From positions 32,001 to 96,000 of the forward strand of contig CAWJZV010000046.1 of the NCBI GenBank assembly GCA_963847445.1: DNA of 64,000 bases. The letters run 5' to 3'. This stretch comes from an uncultured delta proteobacterium (GTDB lineage: Bacteria; Desulfobacterota; Binatia; UBA9968). Made by a program: the position numbers and the translations under genes. Every line of letters starts with the position of its first letter. Position 1 is the first letter of the stretch. Below the pieces are notes generated by a model. The model did no database searches. It was not told the DNA's origin and saw only the letters and a program-made list of their open reading frames with translations. Below, piece by piece: positions 54,839 through 64,000 of the stretch.

Positions 54839-55023
54839 CGGATTTTCCTTCAAAACGAGATTGCCGCGCGCGCTGGCCTCGCGGATCTGACGCGAATATA
54901 TGTCGGCGGCGAAACGGCTGTCAATCAAACCTGGCTAGGGCCGGCGGGGAAAAGCGATGGGACTGGAACTTCGGCTGGAAGTTTCAATGGCGGTTACTTC
55001 CTGACCGACGGCGTGGGTGCACG

Positions 55024-55269
55024 CTAGAGGTTCATGCGACGGTCGATGTGGTTGCAGGCGAACCGGCGCATGTAAGCTTCGGCTTCGGTGGAGGTGTCAA
55101 AGGTGCGTTGGCTGGTGAATTCGAAATAGTGCCCGTCGACAAAGGCGATATGTCCCTTCCAGCTCCAGGAGTAGGTATCGCGATCCCGCTTCATGACCCC
55201 GACGAATGGCTGACTGCGATGCGTATCGGCGATCTTATAGCGGGATTTTTCCTCATTGCTCTGTGTCAT
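55024..55269 (-). CDS. Small hypothetical protein
   Basis: Compact ORF with protein-like composition, co-oriented with neighbours. Confidence 0.5.
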   Translation of the reverse strand: MTQSNEEKSRYKIADTHRSQPFVGVMKRDRDTYSWSWKGHIAFVDGHYFEFTSQRTFDTSTEAEAYMRRFACNHIDRRMNL

Positions 55270-55347
55270 GTCGGTCAGTCTAGTGCTTGCTAGAGGCGAT
55301 AGCAATCATCCGCTGGCGCGGCGCACGGCTTCAAGCGCGCCGCAACT

Positions 55348-56013
55348 TCAAAGTTTTCTTTGGGCGCGCGCAAAGCTCATCATGCGGCCGTGGGGGTGGA
55401 TGCTCGCTTCACCGCTGCAATGAAATCGCTGCTCGGTTCGGCTGTAGCCTGCCGCGTTCATTTGGCTGCTGAACTGGCCGCATCGCTTGCGGCCGGGATC
55501 GGCGAGGATGACTTGGGCGGCCGACTCGGTATGGCAGGCGAGAAATGCCGACAATAGGGCGGGATGACCACGTTCGTAGAGCAGATCGCTACCGACGATG
55601 AGGTCGAAGCGGCCGAGATCGGGATTCGGGCCGGCCCATGGGGCGTTGTGAAATTTGATCGGCGGCAGGTCGTTCAGGTCGCTGTTGAAGCGGAGAAATT
55701 CCTCCGCCAGGGGATGATAATCTGTTGCCGTGATGTCGGCGCCCTGGCGTTGCAGGACTAGACTCGACAAGCCGATGCCGCAGCCGACCTCGAGGATTTT
55801 CAAGCCGGCAAATGTCAAATGACTCATCTCTTGCGCCAGCGCGATGCCCGCCGGCCACACGACGCCGAAGATCGGCCAGGTTGCCGAGGAAATGCCGGCC
55901 CGCTCAGCCCGGCCATCAGGATCCCAATACTGCCGGCGGTTGCAAAGCGCCCGGATCCGATAATCTTCGGCACCGATGCGGTAGGTCGAGGTCTCGACCG
56001 AGTATCCCGGCAT
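55348..56013 (-). CDS. Class I SAM methyltransferase (Methyltransf_16 / lysine methyltransferase-like)
   Basis: VWPAG..LA, ILEVGCGIGL, TATDY, FDLIVGSDLLY, ADPGR. Confidence 0.85.
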   Translation of the reverse strand: MPGYSVETSTYRIGAEDYRIRALCNRRQYWDPDGRAERAGISSATWPIFGVVWPAGIALAQEMSHLTFAGLKILEVGCGIGLSSLVLQRQGADITATDYHPLAEEFLRFNSDLNDLPPIKFHNAPWAGPNPDLGRFDLIVGSDLLYERGHPALLSAFLACHTESAAQVILADPGRKRCGQFSSQMNAAGYSRTEQRFHCSGEASIHPHGRMMSFARAQRKL

Positions 56014-56079
56014 GCCAATGACTCCTTTGGCGTTTCGCTAGAAACGCCGCTGGCGGTTGCGGCAACGATAACGCGGAGG

Positions 56080-56577
56080 CTAGGACAGAGAACGGTGCAT
56101 TTCAAAATTGAGCAGCGCTTGATCGTTACGATAGGGTTCGTTTCGGCCCGTGAGGGCAAAACCGAGGCTCTGATAAAACCGCGCGGCATGATCGTTGTTG
56201 CTGGTAACCATCAGGCACAAGTATAGCATATCTTGCGCGCGAGCCCAGGCGGCCACCGCGTCGACTAACATACGGCCGATTCCCAGACGGCGGTGCGGCG
56301 GCGCAACCCACATCGACATGAGGTGCGCGCGCTGGTAATCGTTTCGATCGCGAACTCCCGCCGCAATACCAACAGCATTGCCGGCGGCCATCGCGAGATA
56401 AGCGACAGAGTTGACGCCGCTCCACTGCGATGCGCGTTTCAGCCAGTCGGCGTCGGTGAGTTTCAATTCTTCAGCATAGGTGGAGCTGAATGCGGTGGGA
56501 GAGTCTTGCAAAGCGCGCAGGCGAATGTTTTTGAAGACCGGCGCGCTTGTCGGACCGATCTGCTCAAGTTGGATCAT
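56080..56577 (-). CDS. GNAT family N-acetyltransferase
   Basis: MWVAP.HRRLGIGR motif A, N..A.RFY.SLGF. Confidence 0.9.
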   Translation of the reverse strand: MIQLEQIGPTSAPVFKNIRLRALQDSPTAFSSTYAEELKLTDADWLKRASQWSGVNSVAYLAMAAGNAVGIAAGVRDRNDYQRAHLMSMWVAPPHRRLGIGRMLVDAVAAWARAQDMLYLCLMVTSNNDHAARFYQSLGFALTGRNEPYRNDQALLNFEMHRSLS

Positions 56578-57053
56578 GACTTGTTCATCGAAGTTCTTAC
56601 TCGATCCTCCGCGATTCGTTTAAGGCCATTCTGCTTCGTCGATACGAACCAGTGCATGTGGCGGCGCAGGAAGAGGCGGTCGACAAGGCGTCCGACGATG
56701 CCGAGGGGCGGCTCCCATTCGAGTGTGTCGCGCATGGTGGTGACGCCGTCGTAAAACTCGAATTCGTGAAAGTGGCGCAGCCATTTGAAAGCGCCTTGAA
56801 CCATCTCGTCGTCAAAACGATGCGGGCGGTCAAGCGCGGTGATCCGCGCGACGAAGCGCTGCTTGATGCCAAGGTGGCGGCCTTCGAAGGCGACCAGGTC
56901 GCCAAGTTCGAGCAATCCTTCGGTACGCCCCGGCGGGACGATGCGTTCCGATGAAAACGCCGCCGATTCGCTGTGGGCGTCTACGTCGCGCGCGAGGTCG
57001 AAACAGAGTTCGATGGGCGCGCGGATTTTTGTTTCGATGACGATGGAAGTCAC
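56574..57053 (-). CDS. SRPBCC family protein
   Basis: APIELCFDLAR.VD.H, F.DEMVQG.F....H.H.F, MRD. Confidence 0.85.
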   Translation of the reverse strand: MTSIVIETKIRAPIELCFDLARDVDAHSESAAFSSERIVPPGRTEGLLELGDLVAFEGRHLGIKQRFVARITALDRPHRFDDEMVQGAFKWLRHFHEFEFYDGVTTMRDTLEWEPPLGIVGRLVDRLFLRRHMHWFVSTKQNGLKRIAEDRVRTSMNKS

Positions 57054-57637
57054 GAATTTCCCGAACTCTTTACCGATATTGCAGGCACTTTAGACAAATA
57101 GGGATCGCGTGTACTTGCGCAAGCCGGGAGGGGTGGGCGACTGACGACATCGCGCCCCGTGAATCGTTTGCCCGGACCGGAATTCCATCGATGAGGACGT
57201 AGACTATCATCTCGCGCCTATTTCCGTCGACAGGCTAATGTTCGTCGCCCCGTTGCATTCGTAGATCTTCTCGATGTGACCTCTCTGGCAATTATAACTC
57301 CATGAGTCTGATTTTGCCGCGGATGGAGTAGATGGATGAGATTTCTCGCCTTGCTCGAAATGACAGAGTTGAATTTGCCGTTAGTCCGAACGAAGCGGGG
57401 TAACTTGCCCGGCAGAACTATTAACGGTCGGCGGTGCGTTGAGAGATCTTATCTCAGCCATTATGACACGATCGCGCTTTGATAAGCTCGGTGGCCGTTA
57501 GGCGATCGGCCGACATGACGTTATATCGGCGCTGCCCGCGCGCATCGTGATGGACTTGCGCGGATCGCCGTTGTCGCCTATTTTCGCCGCTGATGGACAG
57601 TGCTTTATCGTTCGACGCGATCGATGGAGGGTTTCGG

Positions 57638-58603
57638 ATGAAAAGATTGGTTTCGATTGTGTTGCTTTTCTCGGCGCTGTTCGCGCCGATGGCTGGGTTC
57701 GGGGCGGCGCCACGGAGCGGCGCCGGCGAGAAGGTAATCATCGGGTTGCCGACCACGTCGATGAGTATGCTGCCGGTGTTTTTCGCCCACGACAAGGGAT
57801 TTTTCCGGGAGGAGGGAATCGAGCCGCAGCTGGTATTTGTCGGCGGACGGCTGCAGGTCCCCGCTTTGGTAGCGGGCGAGGTCGATTTCAGCGCGTCGGC
57901 GGAAACTGTGTTGCGCGCCGCGGTTCAGGGCCTGCCGCTCAAAGTTGTCGTGTATATGAATTCGCGGATGGCGGTCTCCTTGATGGCTGCGCCGGATATT
58001 AAAACCATCGCCGGCTTGAAAGGACGCTCCATCGCCGTCACCTCTATCGGCGGCAGTTTGGACTATGCCGCGCGGGAAATCTTGGCGAAGAACGGGCTCA
58101 ATCCGGAAAGAGACGCGCGCTTTGTCGGCATCGCGCAGAGCGAGCAGATGCTCGCTTTATCGGCCGGCTCGATTCATGCCGCCATGCTGACTCCGCCCTT
58201 CGATGCGATGATGGAAAAGAAAGGCTTCAGGCGCCTGGTATTCGTCGGCGATGTTCTCGACTACCCACAGGGCGGTCTGGCGACCACCGACAAGAAAATT
58301 CAGGAAAATCCCGCGCAGGTGAAGCGTGTCGTGCGGACGATGGTGCGGTCGCTGATCCGGATCCGGCAAAATCGCGACGAGTTGGTCGGCTACATCGCGC
58401 AACGGTGGAAAATGGCGCCGGAATTTGCCGCGGCCAGCTATGACACCATGCTCAAAGCGTACAGCCCGGACGGCATGACAAGCGCGCAGTCGATCCAAAG
58501 CGTGATCGACTCGATCAAAGGGCGCAATCCCGCCGTCGGTATCTCCCAGGTGGTCAACTTCGCATCTCTCGAAGAGGTGCAGCGCGAAATGAAACTCAAA
58601 TAA
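57638..58603 (+). CDS. NMT1/THI5/SsuA-like substrate-binding protein
   Basis: Signal peptide, KGFFREEG, LKGRSIAV, GLNPERD. Confidence 0.88.
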   Translation: MKRLVSIVLLFSALFAPMAGFGAAPRSGAGEKVIIGLPTTSMSMLPVFFAHDKGFFREEGIEPQLVFVGGRLQVPALVAGEVDFSASAETVLRAAVQGLPLKVVVYMNSRMAVSLMAAPDIKTIAGLKGRSIAVTSIGGSLDYAAREILAKNGLNPERDARFVGIAQSEQMLALSAGSIHAAMLTPPFDAMMEKKGFRRLVFVGDVLDYPQGGLATTDKKIQENPAQVKRVVRTMVRSLIRIRQNRDELVGYIAQRWKMAPEFAAASYDTMLKAYSPDGMTSAQSIQSVIDSIKGRNPAVGISQVVNFASLEEVQREMKLK

Positions 58604-58604
58604 A

Positions 58605-59634
58605 TTATTTCTCGAGCAATCGCTTCATCCGCTCGACGACTTCCTTCGGTTGGGCGATGACTTCGCGGGCGAGAGTTGCCAGCTCTTCGCCGCCGACCGG
58701 GTCGATTTCCAGTCTTCGCTCTTTGGCTTGCGCCTGAAAGTCCGGGTCGGTGATGGTTTTCTTGAACGCGCTCTGAATTATTTTTGCCCGCTCCGGCGGC
58801 AGGCCGGGCGAGCTGACATAGGGACGGCCAAAGGCGCCGACGGCGAGGATGATCGTCGCCAGCCGTATGCCTGCTTCCGGAGTTTTATGTTCGCTCATCA
58901 GCTCCCAGATCGTCGGCACGTCGGCCAACCGTGGGTCGCGCTTCTTACCGGTTTGGATTAGCACGCGGACGAAACCGGACTTGTGCCAGCCGATCAGCGG
59001 TTCGCGGCCGAATAGGGTCTCGATTGAAATCCCCCGGCACTGCACCTCTTCTCGCTCGACGGCCAATTCGATATCAGGACCGTCCTTATAGCCGGTGAGC
59101 GTCTGGAATTTGGCGCCGAGGGTTTCCTCCAACAGGTTGCCGGTGTAGTAGCCGGTCGAAGACGTGCCGGTGGCGCCGCATTTCGGCGGCACGGCCGCTT
59201 TGCGCACGTCGGCGATGGTTTTGTACGGCGTGTTGGCGCGAATATAGATGAGCTGTTCGACCTGGGTCGGACTGCCGAGCCAGGTAAACTTCGGCCAATC
59301 GAACTGCACCTGTTGTCTCCCGACCAGTTGATCGAAATAGAGGCCGCCGCGAATGCCGCCAAGCGTGAGGCCGTCGGGCTTGGCGATTTTGTAAACGTAA
59401 TTGGCGGCGATCATCGCGCCCGCGCCCGGCATGTTCTGCACGATCATGTTGGGATTGCCGGGAATATGTTTGGCGAGATAGCGCGCGATCAATCGCGTCC
59501 ATGCGTCGTCGACGCTGCCGGCGCCGTAGCCGGCGACGATGCGGATGGTTTTGTCTTGGTAGAACGGCGCCTGTGCCGAGGCGTTGACCGAGCGCAACGA
59601 AGACGAGAGCGAGAACGAACAGGATTCGTTTCAT
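58605..59634 (-). CDS. TctC/Bug family binding protein (frameshift in signal peptide)
   Basis: FYQDKTIRIV, IPGNP.MIVQNMPGAG, KPDGLT, GYKDG, DVPT. Confidence 0.9.
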
Positions 59635-59786
59635 GACAACCTCCCGTGCGTGACTTGACCGGAGGCGATCATAGCGAGGTTGCCGGGACGCTTACAAGGG
59701 CGGGAAACGAGAAAATAATTCACCGCAAAGACGCCGAGAGAGAATATTTTCTTCCGACTGCCCTACGCCGCCGCGGTGCAATCCTT

Positions 59787-61304
59787 TCACGACTGTGCCT
59801 TGATAAACTCCGCGGCCCGTTCGGCGATCATCATGACCGTGAGATTGGTGTTGGCGTGGACCACGGTGGGCATGATGGAGGCGTCGCCGACCCAGAGGTT
59901 TTCGAAGCCATGCACGCGCAGGTGTTGATCGACCACGGCCATGGGGTCCGAGGCGGGTCCCATCTTGCAGGTGCCGACCCCGTGGTAGTAGCTCGTGTAG
60001 GACGAGCGCGCGAATTTTTCCCAGTCTTCCTTGGGGTTTGGCGAGAATAGCTCGCCGAAAAACTCACTTAGCGGCGCGCTGCTGGCGAGGCGCTGGACGA
60101 ACTTCATCGCCGCCAGCATCGCTGCGATGTCTTGAGGATGTTCCAAGACCTGCGGATCGATGTTCGGCAGATCGTTGGGATCGGCGCTCTGGAGCGTGAG
60201 CCGGCCGCGGTTGGTTTGCTCCAAGAGATTGCACGAGAAGCCCAACATGTCGCCGATACCCGACAGATTGATCGCCTCGCGGGGAATGATGTGGAAATTG
60301 AGATACTCGCGCGCCGGGTCAGTCTTAAAGTATAACTTCAAGCTCGACCGGCCGCGCATGAGCGGCTTCTTGTTCGCCGGGTTTGATTTGAACGTCATCG
60401 TCAGCATCGGGTGATCTTGATAGTTCTCGCCGATACCGGCCATGTCCTGGACCAGTGGAATTCCATGTTGTTTTAGCTGCGCGCTTGGACCGATGCCCGA
60501 CAGCATCATGATCTGCGGCGAGTGATAGACGCCGGCGCTCAGCACGACTTTGTCCGCGGTGACGGTGTGATCCTGCCCGTCTTTGCGATAGCGCACGCCG
60601 GTGACCCGCTTGCCTTTCAAGAGAAGCGAGCTGACCGAAGCTTCGTCGATGATCGTCAGATTGCTTCGTTGGCGCGCGGGATTGAGGTACATCACCGTTG
60701 CCGACTGGCGCTTGCCGTTTTTACTGTTGCGCGCCACCGGTGCCACGCCGTAGGGATTGGCAATGTTTTGGTCCAAAAATCGCGGCATGCCGAGCTTAGC
60801 CAAAGTTTCGAGCAACGCCTGCTCTTGCTCGCCCATCTCGACGTCGAACAGATGCTTGCGCTTGACGTAGATCGGTCCCGAGTTGCCGTGGATCGGGTCG
60901 TCGGGAAAATCCTGATCGGCCTCCATCCGTTTTAACACCGGCAAGACTTTTTCCCAGGACCAATCGGGATTGCCCTGGCCCGCCCAAGTATCGAGATCGG
61001 CCTTGATCGGCCGCGGTATCGCCATCATGTTGACCGACGACCCACCGCCGGTGATGCGCCCGGCCAGCGAATAGAACTCACTGCCGTCATAGTTGCGCTT
61101 GGTCGGGTACATTTGAATGTACGGGCTTTCGAGCAAGACGTGGGTCGTCTTCTCGGCATCGGCCACGGTATCGGGAATCGGCTGCGGGTCCGGTCCGGCT
61201 TCGAGCAGCAGCACTTTGCGCTTCGGTTCCTCGGAAAGCCGTGCCGCTAATACGCAGCCGGCTGAACCGCCGCCGACAACGATGACGTCGTAATGATCAG
61301 ACAT
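59787..61304 (-). CDS. GMC (glucose-methanol-choline) oxidoreductase
   Basis: GGGSAG, LLEAG, GGGSSVN, LSAG...SPQ..MLSGIG, QDHP, YHGVGTCKMG, DASIMP..V.ANTN. Confidence 0.95.
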   Translation of the reverse strand: MSDHYDVIVVGGGSAGCVLAARLSEEPKRKVLLLEAGPDPQPIPDTVADAEKTTHVLLESPYIQMYPTKRNYDGSEFYSLAGRITGGGSSVNMMAIPRPIKADLDTWAGQGNPDWSWEKVLPVLKRMEADQDFPDDPIHGNSGPIYVKRKHLFDVEMGEQEQALLETLAKLGMPRFLDQNIANPYGVAPVARNSKNGKRQSATVMYLNPARQRSNLTIIDEASVSSLLLKGKRVTGVRYRKDGQDHTVTADKVVLSAGVYHSPQIMMLSGIGPSAQLKQHGIPLVQDMAGIGENYQDHPMLTMTFKSNPANKKPLMRGRSSLKLYFKTDPAREYLNFHIIPREAINLSGIGDMLGFSCNLLEQTNRGRLTLQSADPNDLPNIDPQVLEHPQDIAAMLAAMKFVQRLASSAPLSEFFGELFSPNPKEDWEKFARSSYTSYYHGVGTCKMGPASDPMAVVDQHLRVHGFENLWVGDASIMPTVVHANTNLTVMMIAERAAEFIKAQS

Positions 61305-61529
61305 GAGAAACTCCTAAGAATAATAACGTTCAAGCCGTTCAAATCGTTGAATCGCTGCGCTCCGTTCAAAACGATCTGAATTTAAGGCCTCAGTACCCTT
61401 TGATCATGGGCAATCAGTTTGAGCTAGGCTCATGCCAATTCTTCGAACAGAGTCGTGTTCCTTCAACCCAATACTTTCAGTTCTCCAACTCCGTGACACT
61501 ATGACTCTGTGGCGAATGACCAAACCAGT

Positions 61530-62801
61530 CTAATCCTCACTTTTGAAATCCAACATCCCCTGAAACTCCAAGCCTTCGATCTCCTGCAGCGTTCTCCCGG
61601 CGATGCCTTGGAGGTCGCCGTACATGCCGACGGTCGCTTGCATGACCCGGTCGATTTGTTCTTCGCGTTTGGCCCATTGGCGGGTGATGGCTTTTTTCTC
61701 GCGGTCCAAGTCTTCTTTCATACTTGAGAATGCTTCGACTATCGCTTGAACTCGCTGGCGAAAGCGCGGGCCGGTGAGATAGCCGTAGACCATTTCCATC
61801 TTGGTCTGCTGGCCTTCGCTCGCCTGGCGGGCGGCGGCGACTTCGATCAGGCTTTGGCGCAGGGAGAGGGCCACGGGCAAGGCAACTTTGGGGTCGGCGA
61901 CCCAGACGCCGTCGACGAAACCGAAGGTGTCGACTTCTTTCGGTAGCGCCTGGCTGATGATGACGGCGATCTCGGCTTTGGCCGTGCGCTGATCTTCGCG
62001 CAGTTTGGGCAGCCAGCCGTCGCTCCAATTTTTCGTCCGCTTGGTCTCCCAAAGGATCGTGCCGCAGATCTGGTTGAGCGGCCCGACCACGCGCTGCAAG
62101 ACATCGCCGCCGAACTCGCCCTTGGGCACCGGTTGGATCGTGTCGCGGGGAAACTTCGCAGCCAGCAGCGCCTCGAGTTCTAGTTCCTGAACTTCTCCTT
62201 GAAGTTGCTGCGAGCCTTGTTCGGCGCGCCGCTTCAGCTCTTCGATCTGTCTCTGCATGGCGGTGATGGTTTGGTCTTTCTCCATCACTTTGAATTTCAG
62301 CTCATCTTCGGCTTCCTTCTTGGCTTTGTCGCGCTCGCTGCCGAGATCGGCCTGGACGCGCTTGGCAATCGTTAAGTCCAACTCGCGCATGGCGTCGTCC
62401 AGTTCCCGCTGCTTGCCGATCAGTTCTGCCTGGGCCTGCTGGGCTTCGGCCAGCTTGGCATCTCGTTGTTTCAATACTTCTTGCAGGGTGCTGATTTCTT
62501 TCACTTTTTGGTTGAGATCGTTACCCAGCAGCATCTTGGCTTTTTGCTGCTCTTCGGCGGCGATGCGGACGCGCTCTTGTTGGAGCTTTGCGGCGATCTG
62601 CTGGTCGAGATTAGCTTTGGCTTTTTCAATAGAGTCCGCGCGCTCGTTCAACGACTGCTCGCGCTTGGCCATGTCGGCATCTTTTTGCGCCAGCCGTTGC
62701 TCGAATTGCCGCTTCACATCGGCGAGCAGCGGCGCGGCGAGGGATTCCGTCAGTTTGATTTCAGTCTTGCACTGCGGACATATGATTGTCGGTTCGGCCA
62801 T
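61530..62801 (-). CDS. DUF2130 domain protein (CxxC, coiled coil, nuclease-like C-terminus)
   Basis: IICPQC...I.L.ESLA, QGSQQLQGEVQE, VPKG..GGD, ILWETKRTKNWS..W..KL.ED. Confidence 0.85.
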   Translation of the reverse strand: MAEPTIICPQCKTEIKLTESLAAPLLADVKRQFEQRLAQKDADMAKREQSLNERADSIEKAKANLDQQIAAKLQQERVRIAAEEQQKAKMLLGNDLNQKVKEISTLQEVLKQRDAKLAEAQQAQAELIGKQRELDDAMRELDLTIAKRVQADLGSERDKAKKEAEDELKFKVMEKDQTITAMQRQIEELKRRAEQGSQQLQGEVQELELEALLAAKFPRDTIQPVPKGEFGGDVLQRVVGPLNQICGTILWETKRTKNWSDGWLPKLREDQRTAKAEIAVIISQALPKEVDTFGFVDGVWVADPKVALPVALSLRQSLIEVAAARQASEGQQTKMEMVYGYLTGPRFRQRVQAIVEAFSSMKEDLDREKKAITRQWAKREEQIDRVMQATVGMYGDLQGIAGRTLQEIEGLEFQGMLDFKSED

Positions 62802-62886
62802 GGGGTCTCCTGGGTCCGTGATCGTGATTCGTGATCGTTCCGACGTGAGATTAGCGAAATCACGTCAAAGTGCAAAGGGACGAGCG

Positions 62887-62928
62887 GAATGTTGGAGTAA
62901 TGGAGTAGCGGAGTGTTGGAGTGATGGG
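62887..62928. repeat. 8-mer tandem repeat (GGAGT[AG]NT type)
   Basis: GGAATGTT GGAGTAAT GGAGTAGC GGAGTGTT GGAGTGAT GGG. Confidence 0.7.
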
Positions 62929-62959
62929 GAAGACCCTGAAGATAAACTAGCGGAGTTGA

Positions 62960-64000
62960 TCAGTTCTTTTTACTCTCGCTCATCACCTGGTTGATCAGTT
63001 CTTCCACCGGTTTCATGTTCATCCAGTTGGGGTTCCACATCTCCAGATACTTGACGCCGTCTTTGCGGCGCATGATTGGGTTCACGTCGGCTTTCGGGAT
63101 GTCTATGCGCAGGGAGTCGGTGCTGCCGGCGTTTTCGCCGTCGCGCTGCAGGGCGATCTGGCCGTCGCGGGAGAGCAGCCAGTTGACGAGAATCTTTGCG
63201 GCGTTGGGATGGGCCGGCTTGTCCATGAGTAAATAGGCGCCGCCGATGGCGTCCAGTCCGGGTGCTTCCTTCCAGTTGCCGGTGTCGAGCACCTGTACCG
63301 ACAGTCCCTGGCTTTTGGCGTTGAGCGTGTCGTCGGACTGGCTGAAGAGATAAAGCGCGAAGCGTTTTTGCGCCAGCCAGTCGGTGGCCTGACGATAATC
63401 GCGCGAGTAGGTGATGTCCATTTCGTTAAGCAGGCGGCGCAGATACTGCGGCCCGAGCTCGGGATGGTGATAGAGGAAGCGCGCGCCGTTGCGCCCTTCG
63501 CCGGTCTTGGGATCGGTGGCGACGATCTTGCCTTTCCACTTGGGATTCAAGACATCCGCGAAGGATTTGAACTCGACTCGGGTTCGCCAGCGCGGCGTGG
63601 TAGCTGGCGAAACGTTCGTAGATGCTGGCGGCGGGAACGATGAGATACTTGCCTTCCGGGTCGGAGTAGTGGTGTTTGTTCTGCCACCATTTTGACGGGT
63701 CTTTCACTTCCGGCAGGATCAACGCCGAGTCGATGGGCTGGAGCACCTTGGCGCGGTAGAACGAATGTGCCGAGGTGAGGCCGAAACGGACCACGTCGGC
63801 GAGATATTTGCCGGCGCGCCGCTCGGCCATGATCCGCGACACCAGCTGCGTGCAAGAAAGCGAGACGCTGACGAGCTTGATCTTGGGAAACTGTTTTTGA
63901 AACTCTTTCAAGTAGTCGTGGCTGCCGCAGCCGGAGTAGACCACTTGGCCTTCCTGCTCGGCCGCCTTGAGAGTGCGCTCCCATTCGGTTTGCCAACTGT
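62960..64000 (-). CDS. ABC-type extracellular solute-binding protein (AfuA/FbpA-like), 5' end outside window, frameshifted
   Basis: AAEQEG.V, RIMAERRAG...D, LNPKWKG, APHPNAAK-like, NWLLSRDGQ. Confidence 0.85.

Overview
GC-rich bacterial chromosome segment. Gene order (rpsU-yqeY-cvpA-dnaG-rpoD) and the many orphan NMT1/TctC binding proteins, amidohydrolases and a UbiD suggest a deltaproteobacterial-type lineage, possibly Candidatus Binatia (inference). Many CDS, including essential dnaG and rpoD, are split by small frameshifts, most likely long-read assembly errors. Layout: (1) 1-9379 core genes: ispA-dxs-tlyA, a glycerophosphodiester phosphodiesterase, the macromolecular-synthesis operon and tRNA-Ile2(CAU). 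(2) ~9380-23300 eroded accessory region starting with an integrase remnant; it holds a probable sigma54 envelope/stress regulon (Flp pilin, lipoproteins, MlaC-like, Pal, OtsB) sharing an upstream palindromic motif. (3) 23373-35400 energy-converting hydrogenase-related (Ehr/Hyf-like) operon lacking Ni-binding cysteines, with tandemly duplicated HyfB and two ArsR regulators, one truncated. (4) 35700-64000 catabolic and transport genes: GH13 glucosidase, a meta-cleavage-like cluster, a CbtB locus, a UbiD / catalytic plus pseudo-amidohydrolase / heme-oxygenase-like diiron cluster, a GMC oxidoreductase and DUF2130. Intergenic spaces hold several families of nested palindromic and short-period repeats. 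No CRISPR array or rRNA was seen.
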